Below are positions 14,201-27,974 of a DNA stretch of 64,000 nucleotides, one piece after another. The position numbers and the translations under genes are program-made. The stretch spans positions 92,504,001-92,568,000 of the forward strand of contig OX597818.1 in assembly GCA_951406725.2 (NCBI GenBank), read 5' to 3'. Position 1 is the first letter of the stretch; each line of letters starts with the position of its first letter. The notes beneath the pieces are model-generated. The model saw nothing but the letters and a program-made list of their open reading frames with translations. It did no database searches and was not told the origin of the DNA. The stretch is from Octopus vulgaris. Lineage: Eukaryota.

Positions 14201-16577
14201 CTTGACAACCGATGCTGATGTGTTTACGTTCCTTGTAACTTAGCAGTTTGGCAAAGGAGACCAATAGAATAAGTACTAGGCTTACAAAGAATAAGTCCTG
14301 GGGTCGATTTTCTCGACTAAAGGCGGTGCTCTAGCATGGCCATAAAAGAGAATAAAAGAGAGTAACAGAAAATGTGGAATTTATGTCTTCAAATATGTTT
14401 TCTCTCGGTATCTAGAATTCTTTGCGTATTAATCCTATTTCCTGAATTATGTTCGATATAATTGGTCAGTTGAAATTTAAAAACAAAAGACCAGCTATCT
14501 TACCCCGTTATACGAGGTAAGATAAATAAATAAATAATTGATTGGGAAACTGGTGTATGTTGTAAGGGGCCCTAAAAACGCTTAGGACAGTATATACTAG
14601 ATTAAAAATAATAAAGATTATGGATTAAATATTAAGAGAGAAACCTATTCGGACATTTAGGAAGTAAGACGGTTAGGGGTGAAAATGGTCTAAAAGTTTT
14701 TTTTTAATAGGAACGTGAAATTAGTAAAAACAATGAAAAGAATTTATTCCGTAGAAAAATTAGGGAAATAATTATGGTTAAGGAGAGGTAATAACCAAGG
14801 TAAGTGGCTTAAATTCAGTGCACCAAATGAACAATACTTTTTATGAATGCATGAACAAATTGTAGTAAGAGTTGCATCTGTAAGAATAATTTGCAAGTAT
14901 TTTAATTTTTAATTTTTAATTATAAATTGTAATCATTAATTTAATTAGAGATATCTACGTTTACTTATTTAATTGACCACTTGACTGACTGATTTATAGA
15001 TTGTTTTGTCAATTAGCGGCGAAATTAGCCGTCTGTTGTACTGGATGGCACACCAACAGTCTCTAATTTAGGCCACTTACCCTGGTTATTACCTCCCCTT
15101 AACCATAAATATTTCCCTAATTTTCCTACGGAATAAATTCTTTTCATTGTTTTTACTAATTTCACGTTACTATATAAAAAAATTTTGGACCATTTTCATC
15201 CCTAACCGTCTTATTACCTAAATGTCCAAATAGGTTTCTCTCTTAATATTTATTCCATAATATTTATTTTTTAATCTAGTTATATACTGCCCTAAGCGTC
15301 TTAGGGCCCCTTACAACATACACCAGTTTCTCATTCATTTATTTATTTATTTTACCCCGTATAATAGTCTCAATAGCTGGTCTTTTGTTTTTAAATTTCA
15401 ACTGACCAATTATATAGAACGTTGGACCTTGGCCTATCTCACTTTGGACAACAGGTGGAAGGGCTTAACCACCTACTAGTAAATAAATTTTTAAAATTAC
15501 ATTTAATCGATTAGCACTTTATTGTGATAAATACTATTAATTAGTACTATAAACGTAATCATTATAAATTATTATGATTAATCTAAAACCTTATTGTATC
15601 TTCACTCCTTCTCCGACTAAAACCCATTGACGTATCCCGCTATAATTTTTTATTTTTCATTATTTATCCGTCCTACCCCACCACCTCGTTCAAAGTATTA
15701 ATACACCAAATACTATTATTTTATGCTTAATTATATACTTAACATCCCAGTGATACACAAGCAAAATGGTGTAATTACAACCATATTCAAAATGTTCCCT
15801 CTTCTTCTCTAGGCTCTACATTTTTTTTAATTTATTCTTCACTCTGATGAAGTTCCATGTTTCAGATAGGTTTTATTACCAGATATGATAAATACTTTTA
15901 GCATATCAATAACAATGCCATACAACATTGGAAGCAGAAACAGCTGTTAGATGGGATGCAGACTATTTGTATTGAATTAATAAACAACAATTGATGTAAG
16001 TCAATTGCTGTTCATCAATATTTCTCCATTTTCTGTTTCCTTTAAATTTTGATTCTTGATAAACACATGTCTATCTTTGTTTTTACCTATAATTTATGTC
16101 GTGATGAAACCACCACTCTCCACTTTGCCATTAGTTGCGGAGTTTTCGTCTCGCCGTGTCTCGCAAGCGCTTCAGAACTGCCAATTAAAACATCTGGTTA
16201 ACGGTTTGACCAGGAGGAACAAATGCTGTGTGGCCAATTCCTTTCGCGTCGACGAAACAAATCAGTATCGTCTTGACATTGGACTTCACTTGACACAATT
16301 TTTGGGAGCGTGGTGATATTGAATGCTCCCGTTGACTTGATAGCTGCTTTGTTTCTGGGTCGTAGCCGTAGCACCAGCTTTCGTCACCACTGATTACCTT
16401 AGAAAGGTTCGGATCAGCTTCCAACTGTTCTTTCAGTTCACGACATGTATTAGGTTGTGAATGCTTTTGATCTTCCGTGAGCATATGTATGCCTATTGTT
16501 AAACATAGATAATATACCGGTAGTATAATGGATACTTCCTTCCCTTAGATGTTTATTTTAACTTCAATCTCAGCAAA

Positions 16578-16621
<44 letters not shown>

Positions 16622-16841
16622 GGTGCGTAAAATATTTGAGGACAGAGTTATGTTTATATAAAACAACAATATATAATAATGAATAATAAATTTCAGTTTG
16701 AAAACGGCTATCGAAAAGCTCGTTACTCGTTAGAGTAACTGTAAACATTATCATTAATATAAAAATAATCCCCACCAAAAGCCATCTCTACTCATTTTTT
16801 CAAATATATTATACTGTACCAAGAACTTTTTTTATTATTCT

Positions 16842-16896
<55 letters not shown>

Positions 16897-18253
16897 TTAT
16901 ATATATATATATTTATTTATTTATTTATTTATTTATATCAAGTGTGAATGAAGGTGAGGTGTTCCCAAAAATATATACGTACATTGAATGATAATAAAGT
17001 AATTGTTTTATTAAAATAGATTTTGTTCGGTAATTGTGGGCATTTTCGTTCAATAGCTGCTCAGTTAGGCGGCTGTTATCAGTTTTGTACTCTCAACTTC
17101 ATCTTTAAGCATCCAAAAAAAACAGTCTAGCAGTGTGAGATCCGGTGAATGCAGATAATATTTCACTGAACCACTTCCTCCAATCCATCTTTTTGGGAAA
17201 ACATCATCTAAGTAAGCATTTACATTACTATAGTTGTTTGGACGTACAATATGTTGCTGAAAATAAAACTCACTACTTTCAAAGTCCTCTTGAAAGAATG
17301 CCATTAAAGACTGTGGTAGCAACTTGGAGAAATAATACCACTCGCAGCACCATCAAAAAGAATGGGACAATTAGTCGTTTTGATAATAAGCCGTGTCATA
17401 CTGTAACTTCTGGTAAATTAACATGATTTTTTGCGTCTTATGCGGTTCCTCAGATTCCCTGTGGATACAACTGTAGTAGTTAATTAAGTTATTTAATATA
17501 AATGTAGCCTCTTTACTCCAAACAATCTTTATCGAAAAGTGAATATCTATACATCTTGCCAGTTATCTCTCGTAAAACTCTACATTTCGGCCCAGGTAAT
17601 CTTTATTGAACACATAGACTGTTCTTGTGAAGTAGCTTTTTTCCATTTACAACACTTTAAAATTCGAAGGACGTTAAATTTTGAAATTCCCCTCTCAGGA
17701 TTCGTTCGATGCACTATTTCTCTTAAACTCTGGCAATACGTTACTAGAGCTTATTCTTGCTTTATTAGACTCATCGATGTGTCCAGTCTTCCTGAATCTT
17801 TCTTGAGAACATTCTGAATAGTTTCACCTGCTTCAAACTTATTTCTAATTCAGGTGACAATGAGTTCGCGATTAGCCAGTGAGCTTGTTAACAAAAAGAC
17901 ATGATATAATATAATATAATATAATATAATATAATATAGAATATATATATCTTTTAATAAGCTTACGGGATAATCGTAACACCGGCGCCTGTTCAGGCAC
18001 TGTTATTCAACATATCGTTAGTGGGAAGATGAGTCATTGCTGTCTCTAGCGGTCGAGTGTCAATCATTGATGAGAGGAAGGAATGTTGAAATCATGTGAC
18101 CTGGTAGTCTCGGTGCTAGAGATGGCGGAGATCTATCTCCTCGCAAGCAATATAAACAAGAGCGCATTTCGGCCCAAAAGCCAATATGAAAGTTTCTCTC
18201 ATAGTATCTACCGCAACATAGTTTGTTCTAAGAATATCCACAATTAAAATTGG

Positions 18254-18343
<90 letters not shown>

Positions 18344-18530
18344 ATGACAGGGAAAAGTAAGTTGGTTCTTTTTTCAAATACACAAGTAGACGTTATCCGA
18401 TTTAGACCTAAATGCAGTTTGAAGTGTGCATAGTTATAGTTATTGCATCAAATTGTGACAGTCAACTCTGAGTCTTGCGCTTCTCATTTGGTCATGATAC
18501 TTGTGACCTACACAGACAGACAAATAGACT

Positions 18531-18594
<64 letters not shown>

Positions 18595-19126
18595 CCGTAA
18601 ATCCTCGAGTATAGTCCGCCCTTGGGTATAATACGCAGGGGATTTTTAGGGGGCTGTACTTCTGAAAATCTAAACCTTGTGTATAATACGCACCACTCCT
18701 CTAACTTGAGTCGTGCGTAATTAAGCCATCAGCACCTAGTCGAAAAAACACTTCCGCGCGTGCGTATTACAATAATGGTGATGTTCTTAACTGTTATATG
18801 GGAATGTAAATATGTTTGCAAATTATTTTTGTTACATGTTATTCTGTTCTGAATACTTTTATTTTAATAAATGTTGCTTACTGCAAGTTATGGATGATTC
18901 TTTTATGACTTCATTGCTTTCAGGCTTAGCTTAAGGTATTTTCGCGCCTGACATCACAAAATGCGCCTGAATAAACATTGCCGGTCAGCAAATAGAGACT
19001 CGGACATTGCTTAGTATATATTTTTTCCTTTTTAACCTCGTATATACTACACACTAGGGATTTTGACCTTTAAATTTTAGGGGGGAATGCGGATTATACT
19101 CGAGGATTTACGGTAGATAGATAGAC

Positions 19127-19207
<81 letters not shown>

Positions 19208-22200
19208 CATACATACATACATACATACATACATACATACATACATACATACATACATACATACATACATACATACATACATACATACATACGAGAGGGT
19301 GCTGAAAAGTTTCTGGATTTTAGAAAAAGAAAATACAGGAGGATCAGTTAATTATGATTTTATTCAACATATCCTCCTCCCAGGTTCACGCACTCATTGC
19401 AGCGGTCCCTCAGTTTTTCTAAGCCTGTGAAAGAACTCGGAGATCTGAGCCTCCAACCAGGCCTTTCGCGACACATCCTTAAAGCCAGGAACTGTTCAGC
19501 ACCCCCACGTGTATATATATATATATATATATACATGCATACTGGCTTAGTCAGAGAGAGGGGCAGCGCCAATTTGTCTTTTAAGAGCTTGTGTTACGGG
19601 TAGGAGGAACGGAGTAAATTTGCTCTCTTATATTCAGATTCGAAATTTGGTTTAAGCGCTTTCCACCAGTGTGGAATACCTCTGCTGACGAATTAGACGA
19701 ATGTGTTAACATTCCATCAAAGGTATCTGGCTATCGTTCGTATTTCAGCTATTTTGTGTGCTTCTTTTAAGACCTTCCTGAAACTTTTGATATATTGATT
19801 TCTTAAGGAGCTTCCCCGTGCAGTAGTAATATCATATCCATTCTTATGAGATTTACTTCTATAGCTTTGGTAAAAACTTCAAGCTAAAAGAAAATTTATT
19901 GCCGTCACCTACAAACGATTACGACCTAGTAGTATGAAACATGCCTTCACTAATTGTTTTAGGTAGCCACGAAGTTGCAAAGATGTTCTCTCATTCTTTC
20001 CACACTTGAACAAACTGAATATCAAAAATGTGCTGGCTGAAGGGGGAAATGATTGCAAGAGCATTAGGATGGTTATCATTTGCATTCGAGTAAACTAAAG
20101 CAACGGAAAATGAGGAATAACACGTAACGCAGACCAGAAATTGAAACTAAGCCTTGGTGACAGTAAGCTCAACACCTTACCACTAGACTGCAAGTTTTCA
20201 GCTAAAAGAAATGTCTACAAAAATCAGAAATATATACAAGTTGTCTTTTTTTTTCATCAAAATGTAAAGATTTAAATTATGTGTTTAAATATCTATTTTC
20301 TTACAAGAAGAGGAAATATAATTCGATTTTTATCGGTGTGTTGCAGTTTACTCTTTTAAAAAATTGATTATATCCAATCAAGGAATTTTCGAACCAAATT
20401 TCTTTTCTTATTAACTTCTACTTTTGTCGATGAGCACAAGAATTTTGCAATTATCAGGTCAACCCATGAGTAATGTCCGAATTTTGTGTAAGGAATGTTT
20501 AACAAAGGAAGCTCTTCCATCATATTACCTATTTCTTTACAACCCACAAGGGGCTAAACACAGAGAGGACAAACAGGGACAGACAAACAGATTAAGTCGA
20601 TTATATCGACCCCAGTGCGCAACTGGTACTTACTTAATCGACCCCGAAATGATGAAAGGCAAAGTCGACCTTGGCCGAATTTGAACTCAGACGAAATACC
20701 AATTTCTTTACTACCCACAAGGGTCTAAACACAGAGAGGACAAACAAGGACAGACAAATGGATTAAGTCGATTATATCGACCCCAGTGCGTAAATGGTGC
20801 TTATTTAATCGACCCCAAAGGGATGAAAGGCAAATTCGACCTCGACGGAATTTGAACTCAGAACGTAGCGGCAGACGAAATACCTATTTCATTACTACCC
20901 ACAAAGGACTAAACACAGAGAGGACAAACAAGGACAGACAAACGGATTAAGTCGATTATATCGACCCCAGTGCATAACTGGTATTTATTTAACCGACCCC
21001 GAAAGGATAAAAGGCAAATTCGACCTCGGCGGAATTTGAACTCAGAACGTAGCGGCAGACGAAATACCGCTAAGCACTTCGCCCGGCGTGCCAACAATTC
21101 TGCCAGCTCGCCGCCCTTATTCCATCATATTATCTTGACTTACTTCAAATAGAAGTTAAATTTTCTTTAGCTTGCAATTTGTCAAGTTGAAAGAAAGGAC
21201 TCTTTGGATTATGCATTTTCAGATAGACCTAACCAGATTGAATGGTCCTACCTAGAACTCCTCAAAACATAGGTCAACTCGTGAAAGGGATCATGTAGAA
21301 ATAAACTTTTGAAATGCATACAACATAACATTTGTCTGTTTTTTAAATGCCCGAATAGTATTAAATCTGACAATCTTAGAAGTTTATTACTTATCATGTA
21401 AACAAAACTCTCTTTTGGAAAATATTTTAATTGCTATATACAGGTTAACATTAAATAAAAATCTATTGAAGTGAATTACGATATTCTTGAATTTATATTT
21501 TCAGAAAGCAAACTTGAAATCACTTCATATAATCAGTAATATTACATATAGAGTTGCTACCACTTTAGTTTCCATGAAATATTATAACCCGTGCAATTCT
21601 ACAGTCGGCGCAGACTTAGTCATAATGATGCCTCTTAATTCAATTATATTGAATTTTTCTAAGTAAGTAAAGTTCATTTTTCACGATATATACTTCTTGT
21701 CTAACCTACTATTGTTTCCCTTTTAGCCTTAGAAAATGAAGTTCTTTAGAATAAGATACCAAATAAATCGGACTGTGCCATGTATGAAATTTTAGAAGTC
21801 ACTGAATATATTATGATGTTCAAGTAATGACCCAACGATTTGTAAAAAATATGTATAATATTGAAATTACAGCAATTTAGACGGCTATGTGAAGCTGGTA
21901 ACGTCTATGTGAAACTGTGACTAATACCTGGCTGCATGGGATTGCTACTGAAAGGTCACATGTGTAACAGCAGGATTCGTCTCCTTGCAATACCTCAGGA
22001 ATGAATCAGACGTGGTTGTCGAAAAATCTCGACGACTTCAACAGCTCCAATTTCTGGTATCTTAATTCCTCCGATCGCAATAACATGGATTACAATGTGT
22101 ATGCTACGGTTCAGAAAAGCACCAAATACTCTGCTTCCAACATTAACAGGGAGCTGGTGGCCAAGAGCAAAGAGATGTTCGTAGGTCCTCCTAGCGACAC

Positions 22201-25200
22201 TGTGAGGAATGCATGCACCAGATTCCGGGGCCGCCTTGAGGCCGTGCTGGAAACCGAGGGTGGCTTTTTTCAGTAAACTGTGATCTGACAGCCATAATCT
22301 AGTTGATATGTTTTCACTTTTCAAAATATATTTGTTTTTGGATAGAGTATTGTGTTTCCCTTTCCTTTGGTACGGACTGTCAAATTCAACCGGAGCACTC
22401 TGTAATTTTTTAAATTTTTCAATGTTAATTATATTTATTGAATTTTATTTTCGATTGCAGGGAAATTGATGGACATGTGACTATTGGAGACGAAATGAAA
22501 AAATCAGTTGCTAAAAATATTCACGAAAAGAACGTGGGAAAAGGAAAAAGTTCTGGCTATTTTAAAGTCGAGTAATTTTATATTTTCCCAACTATTTGAT
22601 ATTTCTTGCACTTAGTATTTTAATAACAACATCTCCAAAATATTTCAATTATTATTTTTTATCATTTTCCAGACACAGCTCTACAACAGCTTTTGATATA
22701 TCTGTTAATGTTGAACCACAAAAGTATATAGTTTACAACTTGACTTACCAAGAACTTCTGACACGACAGAACAATAAATACAGGCACGACGTTCATGTGA
22801 CCAGTGGTGGAATTATTGATGACTTTTTAGTTGAAGTTTTCATTACTGAACCACAAGATATTATTCACGTGTCTGTACCAAAAATTACAGATAATAAATT
22901 AACGGATATTACCGTTGACAAAGGTTGGCAAATCATTTATGATTGGTTTTTCTCTATATTTTCAGTTTTCATTATCGTCATAAACTTCATTTAACCACTG
23001 CTTTTAGATACTTCACAAAGTAGGTGCACTTCAAAAATACAGAAGCTATTCCTGATAATAAAAACGTTCCTGTAGCGATTTTTTTTAATGCTGGGTTGAA
23101 TCTAAGCATTTCTTTAGGCAGTAAACAAAGATGTAATAAAAGTCAATAGAAGCAGAAATATAAGAAATATAAGAAATATAAGAAAACTACGTTAATAATA
23201 AAAAGACTGGTCACATTTCAAGTTCTATATTTGTACAACATGCTACAAAGATCCACATATACGAGGAGCGTTCAATAAGTAATGCCCCTGACCCACTTCC
23301 CATAGCAGTAGAGCAACGAAACTTGGCACAGTAATTAGTCTTTTTCTACATAGAAACCACCCAGAGTTACGCATTTCTCCCATCGTTTGATGCAGCTCTC
23401 GAGGCCGTTTTTGTAGAAGACCCCAGCTTGGTCCTCCATTCACGATGTGACTTCAGAAATCAAGGCTGCATCATCTGGGAAACGCTTTCCTTTCAAAAAC
23501 AACTTCATGGCTGGAAAGAGGTGAAAATCAGAGGTGCAAAGTCAGGAGAGTAGGGGGATGGGGGAGGAGTTCATAGCCGCACGCTTGTGCTTCTGATCTT
23601 GCGACACGCGAGTTGTGGACCGGAGCGTTGTCCTGCAGGAGGAGGATGCCTTTGCTGATCTTGCCCCGCCTCTTGATTTTGATAGCTTCTCTTAATTTCC
23701 TCAAGAGTGAAGCATAATAGGCTCCTGTAATTGTGGTACCCTTTGCCAGGAAATCTGTCATCACTACTCGTAAGAACAGAAGGTGGAAAATTGAAATAAA
23801 CGATAGGCTTACTCTCAAAGGATTAGATTTGGTAAACATCCAACAACATTGCTAAAGATAACAGAAATGTACGATATACAGATGACAAATTATACAAGAT
23901 TATATTACTTTCTTCATTATTATTAATACTTATAAGAAGTAATATAAAGCTACTGTTATCAATAAATTGTCTACAAATTAATCTTCATTCTCCGATAAAG
24001 AACACACTTCACATCAAAATGGTACAAATGTCATTTCGTTTGCAATTTACTAATATTACGTCTCTGAGATAATACTTTGACTCTTCCTAAAGATGATATC
24101 ATTCTACAATATAATGTCCAAGTGCCCACTCTTGTACTAGTGTCTCCTTCTCCAAGTAGAATTACACTGCGCTGCTGTAAACATTTCACTGTTCTGCAAC
24201 AAGCATTATATTTTCCCATATATCAAGTGTTATCGATCCTCCAGTTAACAGTCCGTTACTATTCAAATATCAAATTAAATGTTATACTACCTCTTGTTAT
24301 GGCACGCTCTTGTTAAACATACTCTTGATAACCACTCTCATTACATAACTACACTGGTTATCACTTTTTAAGATTGCCCTTGACATACAAAACAGTACGC
24401 TACAGTAAATTCCAAACTTAATTGTTCACATTCTGGTAGTAAGCTTAATGATTCCTCATTATATACATTAATAGTCAAGAAAGAATAAAAGAAAATTTCG
24501 GAAGGTACAATGATACCCTACATTCAACTGGTGTCTCAAACGGAAGTGGTTACGACATCCAAGGAATTCTAGACTCTGGGAAAATTTGAACACCCAACAG
24601 GTGCTATTTACAATGCAAACAGTAGCACGAAATAGAGAGAAAAGAGGGGTATCCTTGGTGTACCCGGTTCCTTAGACTTTCAGAAATCATACGAAATACT
24701 TGCATAAGAGAAGGTTCTTGTTCTCTGAAGACCTTCAGCTATTCAGCTCCCTCCCACCCGCCAGAGATTCTTCCTACACTGTTGTATAATAGATACCATT
24801 CAGTAATCATTCTTTGCTATCTCATCATGTTGCACATTCTCTTATTACTAACTAAAACTAGTAGTAAGATGTCATACACTGACAACATTACTCGCCCAAG
24901 GTAAACATTTAATTCTGCCGCTGATCACGTTGCATTATCACACAGTAAATATGACACTGTGGAGGCGCGTGGCTTAGTGGTTAGGGTGACAGCATCATGA
25001 TCGTAAGATTGTGGTTTCGATTCCTGGACCGAGCGACGCGTTGTGTACTTGAGCAAACCACTTCATTTCACGTTGCTCCAGTCCACTCAGCTGGCAAAAA
25101 TGAGTAACGCTGTGATTGACCGGCGACCCGTCCAGCTAGGGAACACATACGCCATTGAAACCGGGAAACCGGGCCCATGAGCCTGGCTAGGCTTTAAAAG

Positions 25201-25615
25201 GGCGCATTTATTATCATTATTATTATTATTTAATATGGCACTGATTCACTGTCAACGTTAAATTATTAATCAAGCCTTTTAAATTATACCTCTTTGGGTT
25301 TGAAGATATTGAAATAACAGGTATTCATTCAAGTCTGTTATAGATATAAATTAAGTTATTGTTAATGATTTTCAATAGAGCTGGATTCTGCTTTAATTAA
25401 GAACATCAGCAGTAGAGAAATTTACATCAAATACAACCCAAGTCGTAAACAACAAGAAGAAATATCAGAGAAAGATGGCGTTGCAGGTTTTCTCGGAGTG
25501 GAATATGACGTGGATCGTCAATATATTTCAAATTCACTAGATGTAAGTTATTGTTTTACATCAAATTCCCATCTTGCCATTTAAAAGTGATTATAATACT
25601 ATAATTATATGTTAT

Positions 25616-25660
<45 letters not shown>

Positions 25661-25828
25661 TGCGTGTGTCTGTGTTTATGTGTGAACGTGTATCACATTC
25701 ATTTTTTCAATACATCATTATTTTTCATCTTCATATATTGTTTACACATTGTTTATTCTTATTCTTTCACTTTCTATTTGCCTCTTTTTCTCTCTCCCTC
25801 TCTCTATTTCTCCCTTTCTCTCTGTCTG

Positions 25829-25865
<37 letters not shown>

Positions 25866-27893
25866 AGCCCGTCTCTCTCTATCTCACTATCTCTCTCGTT
25901 CACTTTCATCTTCGCTTTTGAGTGTGTGCGCAATTCCATATTTCTATGTACGTTGGAATGTATTTTGTGTGTTTTTGTTACATATCCTTATATACATACA
26001 CGCGGATATTTATGCACAACTATATTGCTGAGACCGAACTCTGCCTTTTGCACAGTCTGGATCGATGAGATGGGCATCAGTCAGCCACCAGAGTTGATTC
26101 GAAAGGCAAAACCCACTAAACTTTTGTTCTCTGGCATATGTTATTTTGGACTGTTGTTATGTATTTTACTTCTCAGATCTCTCGACATTACTTGCTCCGG
26201 TTAATTCTGTGAAAGCGGGCAGCTTTTGTCAAGTACCTCAAAGGGTCTCTCAGGGTCATTTTAAAATTAACTCTCTCGATGGAATAGAAAGTATTATTAG
26301 ATTTTTATCTGCGTATTGCAACTTGCTTTTTTAAAAGATTATTTATTTCCAGACAATAAGTTTTCAAACCCAGTACCCATCCCTTATTAATAACTGAGAT
26401 TATTAATTTTGCATAGTATTTTACAATTAGTATACTGTTTAAAATATTCATTAAGTATTCTCCCCTGATTATCTCAGCATTGTTTAACAAAGGAAGCCTT
26501 TCCGTCATATTTCCTTGATCTGCTTGGGATAGTAGCTAAATTATCTTTAAATCACACTCTGGGGTCTTGAAGAAAAGGAATACATTCAATCATGCATTCC
26601 TAGATACACTTAACAAGACTGAATTGTCCTGGGTGGAACGTCTCTAAACATTGGTCAGCACGTGCCAGAGATCTTGTAGAGCTCAGCATTAACAAGTTTG
26701 TTCCTTCTCGAGCCATGTCTGGCTCATAAGTGCCGGTTTCCCCGTTTCATTGGTGTATAGATTCCCCACCTGGACGGGACGCCAGTCCGTCGCAGGTGAG
26801 CTGCAAGAGGAAAGAGTGAGAGAAAGCTGTGGCGAAAGAGTCAGCAGAAGTTCGCCATTACCTTCTGCCGGAGCCGCGTGGAGCTTAGGTGTTTCGCTCA
26901 TAAACACACACACATCGTCCGGTCTGAGATTCGAACCCGCGAAGTACTAGGATTACATAGCCGCAGTCAAATTTAACACTGTATTTCTAATATTCTTAGC
27001 GCTCTAGTTATAAAGAATTATGCTTACATGTTTTTGGGGGTTTCTTTTTTCATGTAAAAAAAATGTTCCATTTGGAAAGCAGTTTATATACTTACTCTCG
27101 ACCGCGAGTCCGCTGCTCTAACCACTAGCCCATGTGCCTCCACAGCATTAGCAACCATTAACAAGTCCATATATATGAATATTAATAGTCTCTGGTTCTT
27201 TGTAATCACCATGAGCTCTCATTGAAAGCTAATGTAATCGCTATTGATTTTATACTCATCAAAATAGAAAACTTGTAAGGAGCGCAATAAATACTTGCAT
27301 TTCCTGTGGGTGGCTAAATTTTGAAATGTTTATACTATACTGTTCATCTTTGTTTTTCAAGTGCCTGAATAGTATTAAATATAATCATCTTAGAAGTTTA
27401 TTACTTATCACCTAAACAAAATTGATTATATAGATTTTTTTTTTGATTGCCACATAAAGCTTAACAGTAAATAAAGCTCTATTTAAGTGATTTACGATAT
27501 TTCTTGGATTTTTTTTCAGAAAGCAACCCTGAAATCCATTCATGTAATCAGCGATATTAAATATCGATTTGCTACCACTCTGGTTTCCATGAAATATTAT
27601 AACCCGCACAATTCTTCAGTCACCGCAGACTTAAACCTACTGATGCCCCGTAATTCATTTATATCCAATTTCTCTATGTAAGTATAATTCATTTTTCACA
27701 ACATATATTTCTAGTCTACCCTACTGCTGTTTCCTTTTTAACCCAAGCTCGCGAAGTTCTCTTAGTATAATAATCGGTTCCGGGTTCAAACCCACTGTGT
27801 GACATCTTGGGCAAGTTTCTTTTACTATAACCTCGGGCCGACCAACGCCTGGTGGAGGGAAACCGAAAGATGCCTGTCGTGTATATATATATT

Positions 27894-27974
<81 letters not shown>

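Noticed and set aside
24031-24316. Duplicated small ORFs (also 31665-31944)
   Set aside because: Lie in a near-identical intronic tract; no recognisable protein or splice signals.
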